This document shows positions 56,243 to 64,000 of a stretch of 64,000 nt of DNA, piece by piece. Under the pieces are notes generated by a model. The model saw only the letters and a program-made list of their open reading frames with translations, was not told the DNA's origin and did no database searches. Both the position numbers and the translations under genes were made by a program. The first letter of the stretch is position 1; each line of letters opens with the position of its first letter. Source of the DNA: an uncultured Dehalococcoidia bacterium (GTDB lineage Bacteria; Chloroflexota; Dehalococcoidia; Dehalococcoidales; UBA1222); assembly GCA_903844845.1 (NCBI GenBank), contig CAIMVG010000008.1:85664-149663 (forward strand), given 5' to 3'.

Positions 56243-57526
56243 TCAAATCACCGTCTTTAATTGTATGACCTGTTCGCGGGAAGGGCCACAGCAAGCCATG
56301 TTCACAGAACACTGCATTACTTCCTCGATCCGCTTAAGGTATTTCTGCGCTTGTTTGGGAAGGTCTTTGAACCGCCTTACTTCAGTGATTGGGACGCCCC
56401 ATCCTGGCATCTCTTCGTAAACCGGCTGGCACTTCTCAAGTTCGGCCACACTGGCAGGGAAATAGTCTATCTTTTTACCTTCAAGCATATAATGGGTACA
56501 AATCTTGAGGGTCCCCATCGTATCAAACACGTCCAAACGAGTAAGAGCCACGCTTGTAAGCCCATTGACACGGCAACTGAACCGCGCGGCTACGGCGTCG
56601 AACCATCCTATGCGTCGCGGCCGCCCTGTGGTCGTCCCGTACTCGTGCGCTATCTCGCGAATCATCTGACCCGTTTCATCCATCAACTCGGTAGGCATAG
56701 GCCCGTTTCCGACCCGTGTGCAATAGACCTTGAAAATACCGAGCACACTATCGATGCGGTTGGGCGCGATACCGGCCCCCAGACAACCCCCCGCAGAAAG
56801 AGGTGAAGATGAAGTACCGTACGGGTAGGTGCCGAAATCCGGATCTAGCAGGGCTCCCTGCGCCCCTTCCAAAATAACCAGTTGCTTCTGCCGAATAGCT
56901 TCGTCCAGCAACATCTCTGTATCCTTGATGAAAGGCGCCAGAAAATCAGCATATTCGCAGTATTTTGTGTAAATCTCTTCGAGCGCCATCGGCGGGGCCC
57001 CATAGACCTTGGTGAATAATGTATTTTTGCCTTCAAGGACCATACTCAGGCGTTCTTTGAGCCCGACCTTGTCCAGCAGGTCGCATGTGCGGATGCCAAG
57101 GCGATTGGTTTTGTCAGCGAAAGCCGGGCCGATACCGCGTTTGGTGGTGCCGAGGGCTTTCCCTGCTTTGGATTTTTCTTCGAGTTCATCCAGCATAATA
57201 TGATAGGGCATAACCAAATGCGCGCGGTTGCTTATAGCGAGTCGCGTCGTATCCACGCCCGATTTGTTGAGCATGGCGATTTCGCTCATCAGCACAGCGG
57301 GATTGATTACAACACCGTTTCCGATAACGCAAAGCACCCGGCTGGAGAATATTCCGGCAGGGACTAGGTGAAGTTTAAATTCTCCTAGAGGATTAATGAC
57401 GGTATGACCCGCGTTATCGCCTCCAGAAAAACGAACTACGACATCTGCGTTCTCTGCAAGCTGGTCAACCACCTTACCCTTGCCTTCATCCCCCCATTGG
57501 CCGCCAACAATAACTAGAACAGGCAT
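56243..57526 (-). CDS. purA: adenylosuccinate synthase
   Basis: GGQWGDEGKGK, GGDNAGHT, GTTKRGIGPAF. Confidence 0.97.
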   Translation of the reverse strand: MPVLVIVGGQWGDEGKGKVVDQLAENADVVVRFSGGDNAGHTVINPLGEFKLHLVPAGIFSSRVLCVIGNGVVINPAVLMSEIAMLNKSGVDTTRLAISNRAHLVMPYHIMLDELEEKSKAGKALGTTKRGIGPAFADKTNRLGIRTCDLLDKVGLKERLSMVLEGKNTLFTKVYGAPPMALEEIYTKYCEYADFLAPFIKDTEMLLDEAIRQKQLVILEGAQGALLDPDFGTYPYGTSSSPLSAGGCLGAGIAPNRIDSVLGIFKVYCTRVGNGPMPTELMDETGQMIREIAHEYGTTTGRPRRIGWFDAVAARFSCRVNGLTSVALTRLDVFDTMGTLKICTHYMLEGKKIDYFPASVAELEKCQPVYEEMPGWGVPITEVRRFKDLPKQAQKYLKRIEEVMQCSVNMACCGPSREQVIQLKTVI

Positions 57527-57555
57527 AATCCCCCCTTCCTAACTGAGCCCTCGCA

Positions 57556-58152
57556 TCATTTTCCGGTGTCCACCGGCCTCAGTTTGCGCCGGGCTGTCAA
57601 CAATCGTTGTGAAGCTGTAACCAAGCTAAGCACAGAAATGATATACAGGGCTACTACTATCTGGTTCAATATCAAGCCGAGCGCGATGACAATAACACGC
57701 TCCATGCGGGTGAACCACCCTTCCGAGCATTGCACTCCCATGCCCTCGGAGCGGGCACGGATATAGCTGACGATGAAAGAAAGCATCAGAGTTACCCCGG
57801 CCAGCACGGCGCCGGGTGCGGACCCATTCCTGGCCAGCACATATATGATTCCAAGAAGAACTACACCCTCAGAGAGCCGGTCGAGTGTCGAATCGAGCAC
57901 AGCCCCGAATTTGCTTACCCGCCCGGATTGGCGCGCCAATGCGCCGTCGAGAGTATCCATCAAGGCAGCGATCAACACCCCTAAGCCGCCCCAAAGCAGA
58001 TGATGACCTGCTATCAAACCAGCGGCTCCGCAGGTCATAAAGAACCCCAGCCACGTGATAAAATCGGGAGTCACAGGGGTATGTGCGATCAACTTCGCCG
58101 CGGGTATGGTAAAATGCACCCCTATTTTTCTGCGCCAGTCTGTTTCGGTCAT
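57556..58152 (-). CDS. CDP-alcohol phosphatidyltransferase (phosphatidylinositol-phosphate synthase-like)
   Basis: DTLDGALARQSGRVSKFGAVLDSTLDR fits D-x2-DG-x2-AR-x8-G-x3-D-x3-D. 198 aa, multi-TM. Context with ino1. Confidence 0.8.
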   Translation of the reverse strand: MTETDWRRKIGVHFTIPAAKLIAHTPVTPDFITWLGFFMTCGAAGLIAGHHLLWGGLGVLIAALMDTLDGALARQSGRVSKFGAVLDSTLDRLSEGVVLLGIIYVLARNGSAPGAVLAGVTLMLSFIVSYIRARSEGMGVQCSEGWFTRMERVIVIALGLILNQIVVALYIISVLSLVTASQRLLTARRKLRPVDTGK

Positions 58153-58153
58153 T

Positions 58154-59341
58154 TTAAAAACCTACCTTGCGGTGTGCGCTGGCATCTAAATGCCCACTGA
58201 AGGCGGAGGCAGTGTGAATCTCACTGGAAACCTGAATATAATAATTTAGAACGCGCCTGGCTACCAGGGACCAGTCGTATTGGCCTACCGACGCCAACCC
58301 TCTTGCGCCAAATCTGGATCTAAGCGATGGATCGTCAATAAAACGTTTTAATGCCTGAGCCAGAGCCTTACTGCTGTGTGGAGGCACAAGCAGACCCTGC
58401 TCGCCATCTGTTATCACCGAGGCATAGCCCTCATTGCAAGTGGCTACAATCGGCTTCCCGAGCGCCATGGCCTCCAACAACACGATGCCGAAACTTTCCT
58501 TGCCCGTAGCGGGAGCGCAGAAGATATCAGCTGCCTGGTAATAACGGGGAAGTTCTTCATAAGGAACACCGCCGGTAAATACCACGTCCTTGATCCTCTG
58601 CACCCTGACCTTGATCTCGTAGCGTTTACGGAGGTTCAAACCCGGTCCAACGATGATAAGGCGTATCTCAGGATAATCCCTTTTAAGTTTCCTGAAAGCA
58701 TCCAGCAGATAATTGACTCCCTTGCGCTTTTCAAGCCTCCCGACGAAAAGGATATTCAGTTTTCCGTCGTCGAAACCGGAAATAGGTTTGACAGTCTCAT
58801 TGAAACGTTTAAGGTCTACCCCGTTGGGGATAACTGTGAATTCGCCGGCGACGTATTTGCTCGCGTAGGCTTTTGCGGGAGCAGAAACAGCGATGCGACC
58901 CGACAACTTGCGATTGCGACGTTTAAGAAGGACCGGAGTAATGGGCCAGCCCAGCGCATACCCGGGGCTTCCTGAATAGGCATGGAAGGTACCGACATTG
59001 ATACCGTCAGAAAAACGCAGAACGGCACTGCAAAGCATAGGCATAAAAGGTTCGTGGAGGTGAACGATATCGAATTGTTCACGAAGGAGGACTTCCTTGA
59101 TATCCGGCGCAAGGTGAAGTGAAAGGCTGATGCGGCTTATGGAACCGCTGGCGGGCACCGGGCGGGGCTTGCCAATCTGGATGAAACGTGCACCGAGCCC
59201 TGCGATGTTTTTACGCGAGGCCGGGGCGATTATGCGCACATCGTGCCCCAGCCTGGTAAATTCTTCGTCAAGCGCACGGATGTGGTTGATTACCCCTCCG
59301 GGGTGGGCAAAATCATAGGGTGAGACCAGCGCTATCTTCAT
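58154..59341 (-). CDS. GT4-family glycosyltransferase (PimA-like)
   Basis: MKIALVSPYDFAHPGGVINHI N-terminus resembles PimA. C-terminal EAMALGKPIVAT. Confidence 0.8.
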   Translation of the reverse strand: MKIALVSPYDFAHPGGVINHIRALDEEFTRLGHDVRIIAPASRKNIAGLGARFIQIGKPRPVPASGSISRISLSLHLAPDIKEVLLREQFDIVHLHEPFMPMLCSAVLRFSDGINVGTFHAYSGSPGYALGWPITPVLLKRRNRKLSGRIAVSAPAKAYASKYVAGEFTVIPNGVDLKRFNETVKPISGFDDGKLNILFVGRLEKRKGVNYLLDAFRKLKRDYPEIRLIIVGPGLNLRKRYEIKVRVQRIKDVVFTGGVPYEELPRYYQAADIFCAPATGKESFGIVLLEAMALGKPIVATCNEGYASVITDGEQGLLVPPHSSKALAQALKRFIDDPSLRSRFGARGLASVGQYDWSLVARRVLNYYIQVSSEIHTASAFSGHLDASAHRKVGF

Positions 59342-59384
59342 CCGTGCCGCCCCTCGGTTTCAGGTAGAAGTGTTCCTGAAGACG

Positions 59385-60494
59385 TCAGGATTTAGCCGTA
59401 ATATCGCCCGGTTTGCCTGGCTTCGAGGGTTCAGCGATAAATGCCTGCACGTTAGTATGCGCTTCATCGTCGGTGAACTGTACCGGCGGAGACTTCATAA
59501 AGTAGGATGACGGGGCGATCAATGCTCCCTTAAGGCCCCTGTCCATGGCGAGTTTGGCGCATCGGATGGCATCGATAACCACTCCGGCGGAATTCGGACT
59601 GTCCCACACTTCCAGTTTTGCTTCCAGCAGCAATGGTACGTCGCCGAAAGTGCGCCCTTCCATTCGGATATTGCAGAATTTGCGGTCCAGAAGCCACGGC
59701 ACATAATCGCTGGGCCCTACATGGACGTCATCGGGATCCATCTTGTAATTAAGCTGCGAGGTGACGGCGTTTGTTTTTGAAATCTTCTTGGATTCAAGGC
59801 GCTCCCGTTCAAGCATATTAAGAAAATCGGTATTTCCGCCAAAATTCAGTTGGTAGGTGCGTTCGAGTTTCACACCGCGGTCCATGAAAAGGCGGGTCAG
59901 CACGCGGTGAACTATGGTCGCGCCGACCTGGCTCTTGATATCATCGCCGATGATGGGCAGGCCCTTGGCCTCGAAACGCTGCTGCCAGTATTTCTCACGG
60001 GCAATGAAAACGGGGATGCAGTTGATCATGGCGCAGCCTGCTTCAAGGATCTGCTCCACGTACCACTTGGTTGCTTCTTCACTGCCGACGGGCAGGTAAT
60101 TGATGACTACATCGGTCTTGGTGTCCTTGAGTATCTTAACGATGTCGGCGGTAGGGCCGGGGGCTTTTTCAATTATCTGGGAAAGGTATTTTCCAAGGCC
60201 GTCGTGGGTCATGCCGCGCTCTACCTTGACCCCGAGATTTGCTACGTCCGAAAACTTGATGGTATTGTTTGGTTTGGTGAAGATGGCCTGAGACAGGTCT
60301 TTGCCGACTTTGTTCTTGTCTATATCGATAGCCGCCACGAAATTGATATCGCTTATGTGATAACCGCCCAGATTGACGTGCATCAACCCGGGGACAAAAT
60401 CGACATCCTTGGCTTTCTTATAAAAAGTGACGCCCTGCACTAGCGAAGAGCAACAATTCCCAATGCCTATTATAGCTACGTTAATTTTTCCCAT
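59385..60494 (-). CDS. ino1: myo-inositol-1-phosphate (inositol-3-phosphate) synthase
   Basis: [19 protein letters not shown] site and overall colinearity with short bacterial/archaeal MIPS. Confidence 0.9.
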   Translation of the reverse strand: MGKINVAIIGIGNCCSSLVQGVTFYKKAKDVDFVPGLMHVNLGGYHISDINFVAAIDIDKNKVGKDLSQAIFTKPNNTIKFSDVANLGVKVERGMTHDGLGKYLSQIIEKAPGPTADIVKILKDTKTDVVINYLPVGSEEATKWYVEQILEAGCAMINCIPVFIAREKYWQQRFEAKGLPIIGDDIKSQVGATIVHRVLTRLFMDRGVKLERTYQLNFGGNTDFLNMLERERLESKKISKTNAVTSQLNYKMDPDDVHVGPSDYVPWLLDRKFCNIRMEGRTFGDVPLLLEAKLEVWDSPNSAGVVIDAIRCAKLAMDRGLKGALIAPSSYFMKSPPVQFTDDEAHTNVQAFIAEPSKPGKPGDITAKS

Positions 60495-60599
60495 GATTAG
60501 TTTTCCTCCCGAGCGTTATAATTTCAGGCTTCGCCCTGAAAAGAGAAGACATTACTGGAACGACAACCAAAGAAATATAGCCCTTTAGAACGCCTGTTG

Positions 60600-61514
60600 T
60601 CAAGGGATTGGTCGTTTTTCAGGCACGGTTATAGCTGGATGGAATACTTTTTGCGGATGCCATAGCCGGCTTTCGCCGTCGAATTTTAATAGCGCCAGGA
60701 ACATGCCCGTTTTTTCATAAGCCCGCAGACGCAGTGAACCGGGTTTGGCTTCCAGAGACAGTCCGACCCCACAACGCACGGTCTCCACCTGATCTTCAGT
60801 CAGAATGATTTGTTCCCATAATGCCAGTACCGAATCCATCGGCTGAAGGAAGACAGACCACGATCCATCCGAAACGCCGGTTTCAATTTTTTCGAGAGTA
60901 ACAGCTTCTTTCAAATTGAAGGGCCCGTACGACGTGCGGATCAACCCGGAGAGGTGTGCCCCGCACCCCAACCCGGCCCCTATGTCGTGTGCGAGCGAGC
61001 GGATATAAGTACCTTTACTGCATTCCACGTCCAGTGTCAGAAAAGGAGGGTTGTAAGCCGTCAGTTCTAGCCGGTAGATCGAGGTCGGGCGGCTTTCAAC
61101 CTCGACCGCCTGGCCCTGGCGGGCCAATTTATAAAGAGGCTGGCCATGTTGTTTAAGCGCGGAATAGACCGGAGGGGTCTGCGTGATATCTCCCCTGAAA
61201 CGTTTCAGGCAATCCTCCAAGGAATCACGTCCGATACCCGATGCGTCGTTTCGCCCGGTGACTGCCCCCTCGGCGTCATAGCTGTCGGTGGAAACTCCGA
61301 GTTCGATTTCTGCCCGGTAGCTTTTAGGGTGTTCCATGAGGTATTCGGCAAGCCTGGTGGCTTGTCCCAGGAACACAGGCAGGACCCCGCTGGCGAGAGG
61401 ATCAAGCGTACCGCCATGCCCGGCCTTTGGTTCTCCTAACAACGCCCTCAGGCGGGCAACGGTTGTAAAAGAGGTGGGCCCCGAGGGCTTGTGGATGTTG
61501 AGGATGCCATCCAT
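60600..61514 (-). CDS. truB: tRNA pseudouridine(55) synthase
   Basis: KPSGPTSF, GHGGTLDPLASGVL. Confidence 0.95.
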   Translation of the reverse strand: MDGILNIHKPSGPTSFTTVARLRALLGEPKAGHGGTLDPLASGVLPVFLGQATRLAEYLMEHPKSYRAEIELGVSTDSYDAEGAVTGRNDASGIGRDSLEDCLKRFRGDITQTPPVYSALKQHGQPLYKLARQGQAVEVESRPTSIYRLELTAYNPPFLTLDVECSKGTYIRSLAHDIGAGLGCGAHLSGLIRTSYGPFNLKEAVTLEKIETGVSDGSWSVFLQPMDSVLALWEQIILTEDQVETVRCGVGLSLEAKPGSLRLRAYEKTGMFLALLKFDGESRLWHPQKVFHPAITVPEKRPIP

Positions 61515-61516
61515 GG

Positions 61517-61876
61517 CTAGGTCTTGTCGGGAGGGGTTTTAACTTTTTCGAGAAGTTCGAGGATGTGGGCACCGTGTTCTATCGATTCGTCCCATTGAAA
61601 GTCCAACTCGGGAACGATGCGCAACCGAAGGTTCCTGGCCAATTCGCCGCGCAAGAAACCCCCGGCACTGCGGAGCGATGCAAGTACAGAGTCTTTCTCT
61701 TCGACGCCGCCCAGGCTGCTGACGAACACTTTGGCATATTTCAAGTCAGCCGCGATCTCAACTTCCGTGATAGAAATAAAACCCGAGGCTAGCCTCGGGT
61801 TTTTTACTTCGCGCAATAAGAGGTCGCTGAGTTCCTGTCTGATGAGGCTGTTGAGCTTTTCCAGACGGTGCGCCAT
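61517..61876 (-). CDS. rbfA: ribosome-binding factor A
   Basis: LEKLNSLIRQELSDLL...ITEVEIAADLKYAKVFVS. Confidence 0.9.
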   Translation of the reverse strand: MAHRLEKLNSLIRQELSDLLLREVKNPRLASGFISITEVEIAADLKYAKVFVSSLGGVEEKDSVLASLRSAGGFLRGELARNLRLRIVPELDFQWDESIEHGAHILELLEKVKTPPDKT

Positions 61877-61877
61877 A

Positions 61878-63671
61878 TTAGATCAACACCTTTTCTTTGC
61901 GGTAAAACTCGAGTATATCGGCGACCTGGAAGCTGTTGAAGCTATTCAAACCAATACCGCATTCATAGCCGGTGGCCACGTCGCGTACATTTTCCTTAAA
62001 CCGCCTGAGGCTTAGGACTGTCGTGTCGGCAACCACCTTGTCGCCGCGCCTGACCCTGACCTGGGAATCGCGCCGGATCTTGCCTTCGGTTACGTAAAGG
62101 CCGGCAATCTGTGTCTTTTTAGCTCCCGGGAACACCTCTTTAACCTGGGCCCGGCCGTCGATAACCTCTTTGAACTCGGGCTCACGCAGTCCTTTAAGGG
62201 CTTTCCCGACATCGTCTACCAGCTCATATATGATGCGATACGGACGGATGTCGATACTCTCGGTATCAGCCAATTTTTGAGCGTTGGACTCAATCCCGGT
62301 ATTAAAAGCGAGTACGATGCCTTTTGACGCAATCGCCAGGTTGACGTCATTTTCGTTGACGTTGCCGCTGGCTGCATGAACAATGTTGACCTTAATCTCG
62401 GAGGTGCTGAGACGTTCAAGCGAAGTCTTGATAGGTTCCATGCTTCCCTGTACATCCACTTTCAAAACTATGGGCAGTTCCTTGACCTGGCCAGTGGTTA
62501 TCTGGTCGAACAGGTTGGAAAGGTTGACCGGTTTCGCTACCATGGCGGATTCCCTGAGATTTTCTTCTTCGAGCAACCTGGCCTGCCGTTCGGTGGTCGC
62601 AACGGTCACCGAATCCCCTACCTGCGGGACACTGCGAAGCCCCAGGACCGCCACAGGGGTGGCTGGGGGAGCTTTTCTGACCTGTTTACCGGCATCGTTG
62701 AACATGGCTTTGACCTTGCCAGACGTAGTGCCTACTACGACCATGTCACCGGTGCGCAAGGTGCCGTCATGTACCAGGATGGTGGCCAGAGGCCCCTTGG
62801 TCTTGTCCATACGGGCTTCGATTACTACGCCTTTAGCAGGGAGTGTGGGATCAGCCCGGAGATTTTCCATCTCGGCCACCAGGAGAATGTTAGCTAATAA
62901 TTCTTCGATGCCCTGGCGCGTTTTGGCGGAAGTGGGAACCGAGATGGTTTCCCCGCCCCACTCTTCTACAACCAGCCCGGCTTCTGCCAGCTGTTTTTTC
63001 ACGTTGTCGGGATTTGCGCCGGGTTTATCGATTTTGTTGATCGCAACGATAATGGGAACTCCGGCGGCCTTTGCGTGCGCGATGGCCTCCAAAGTCTGGG
63101 GCATGACGCCGTCGTCTGCGGCGACCACCAGAACAGTGATATCGGTTACTTGTGCCCCGCGGGCACGCATGGCTGTAAAGGCCTCATGTCCCGGGGTATC
63201 CAGAAAAGTGATCTTCTGGCCATTAATTTCAACCTGGTAGGCGCCGATGTGCTGGGTGATGCCGCCCGCTTCCCCTTCCATGACATTCGATTGGCGGATA
63301 GCATCGAGGACGCGCGTCTTGCCGTGGTCGACATGTCCCATGATAGTCACTACGGGCGGGCGGGGTTTCAGACTGCCGGACTCCTCGCTCAATTGCTGTT
63401 GTTTCTTGATCTCGGAGATAACACTGGCTTTTCTGGCTTCCTGAGCCTGTGGATGGGCATCGAATCCCATGCCCACAGCAACCTTGGCCGCCATTTCGTA
63501 ATCTATGACCTGGTTAATATTTGCCATCAACCCCTGGCGCATCAACTGCTTGATGATATCTACAGGCGAGGATTTCAGCGTTTCGGCAAGTGCGCGAACG
63601 CTTATGTTATGCGGTAATTCCAGTCTGGGCAATTCAGCCCCGGCGGCAACCTGTTTTTCAGCCTCAGCCAC
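61878..63671 (-). CDS. infB: translation initiation factor IF-2
   Basis: [20 protein letters not shown]. Short N-terminal region. Confidence 0.97.
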   Translation of the reverse strand: MAEAEKQVAAGAELPRLELPHNISVRALAETLKSSPVDIIKQLMRQGLMANINQVIDYEMAAKVAVGMGFDAHPQAQEARKASVISEIKKQQQLSEESGSLKPRPPVVTIMGHVDHGKTRVLDAIRQSNVMEGEAGGITQHIGAYQVEINGQKITFLDTPGHEAFTAMRARGAQVTDITVLVVAADDGVMPQTLEAIAHAKAAGVPIIVAINKIDKPGANPDNVKKQLAEAGLVVEEWGGETISVPTSAKTRQGIEELLANILLVAEMENLRADPTLPAKGVVIEARMDKTKGPLATILVHDGTLRTGDMVVVGTTSGKVKAMFNDAGKQVRKAPPATPVAVLGLRSVPQVGDSVTVATTERQARLLEEENLRESAMVAKPVNLSNLFDQITTGQVKELPIVLKVDVQGSMEPIKTSLERLSTSEIKVNIVHAASGNVNENDVNLAIASKGIVLAFNTGIESNAQKLADTESIDIRPYRIIYELVDDVGKALKGLREPEFKEVIDGRAQVKEVFPGAKKTQIAGLYVTEGKIRRDSQVRVRRGDKVVADTTVLSLRRFKENVRDVATGYECGIGLNSFNSFQVADILEFYRKEKVLI

Positions 63672-63964
63672 TAGCCACCCCCTATCAGGCTCCGGCCTTC
63701 GGCCAGCAGCCTTTTTCGCTCTTCAGGAGCAATCTTGGTTTTCAGTACGTAATCCAGTTTGTTGCTTTCCAGCCCGGCTTGCCAGCAAACGAGACTTGGG
63801 CATAAATAAGCGCCCCGCCCGGCAATCCGGCCCCGTGTATCGATGATGATTGTCCCTTCAGGGGTTTTTACGATACGCGTCAATTCGCGCTTGTCTTTAA
63901 CTGCCCGGCAAGCCACGCACGTCCTTTGCGGGACCCGTATACTAGGCGTCTTCGTCTGTTTCAT
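63671..63964 (-). CDS. ylxR: YlxR/RnpM-family (DUF448) RNA-binding protein
   Basis: PQRTCVACR ... GRGAYLC. The start is either ATG 63964 or GTG 63979. Confidence 0.85.
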   Translation of the reverse strand: MKQTKTPSIRVPQRTCVACRAVKDKRELTRIVKTPEGTIIIDTRGRIAGRGAYLCPSLVCWQAGLESNKLDYVLKTKIAPEERKRLLAEGRSLIGGG

Positions 63965-64000
63965 AGATATCCGTTCCACGGCGGGCCTTCTTCAGGCGTA

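Noticed and set aside
63980-64000. The probable 3' end of nusA upstream of ylxR.
   Set aside because: Only about 20 nt are inside the window. Gene order suggests nusA, but the sequence itself cannot support the call.

Overview
This is a 64 kb bacterial chromosomal segment of moderately high GC, densely coding on both strands. The phylum cannot be assigned without a database search. Most of it is housekeeping: a DrrAB-like ABC exporter, a caa3-type cytochrome c oxidase operon (coxB-cyt c fusion, ctaD, ctaE, ctaB), metK behind a SAM-I riboswitch, fabF-recJ-plsY, ppa-lgt, a DEXH/DUF1998 helicase, rpsO-pnp-dapB-asd-dapA, purA, and truB-rbfA-infB-ylxR. Accessory content includes a higBA plus mazEF toxin-antitoxin islet, MFS and MMPL/MarR transporters, a hybrid PAS histidine kinase, a cluster of two paralogous HEAT-repeat proteins around a tandem-domain lipoprotein, a nine-repeat InlB-B-repeat membrane protein, and an ino1 / PimA-like GT4 / CDP-alcohol phosphatidyltransferase cluster. 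The strongest non-obvious signals are listed here. (1) A DsbA/FrnE-like oxidoreductase has its CxxC first cysteine encoded by an in-frame TGA, followed by a SECIS-like hairpin, making it a candidate selenoprotein that the ORF track truncates. (2) There are three cupredoxin-type lipoproteins: two tandem copies lack the Cu-binding Cys, and the only copy with an intact C-x2-H-x2-M site is broken by a frameshift. (3) A 131-nt GC-rich element bounded by inverted repeats sits in an AT-rich 0.5 kb spacer. (4) A GGGCACG repeat and twin-hairpin array lies upstream of an orphan gene. (5) The metK SAM-I leader carries two consecutive terminators. No rRNA, tRNA, CRISPR array, transposase or integrase could be supported. 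Several very long antisense ORFs were judged to be compositional artefacts.
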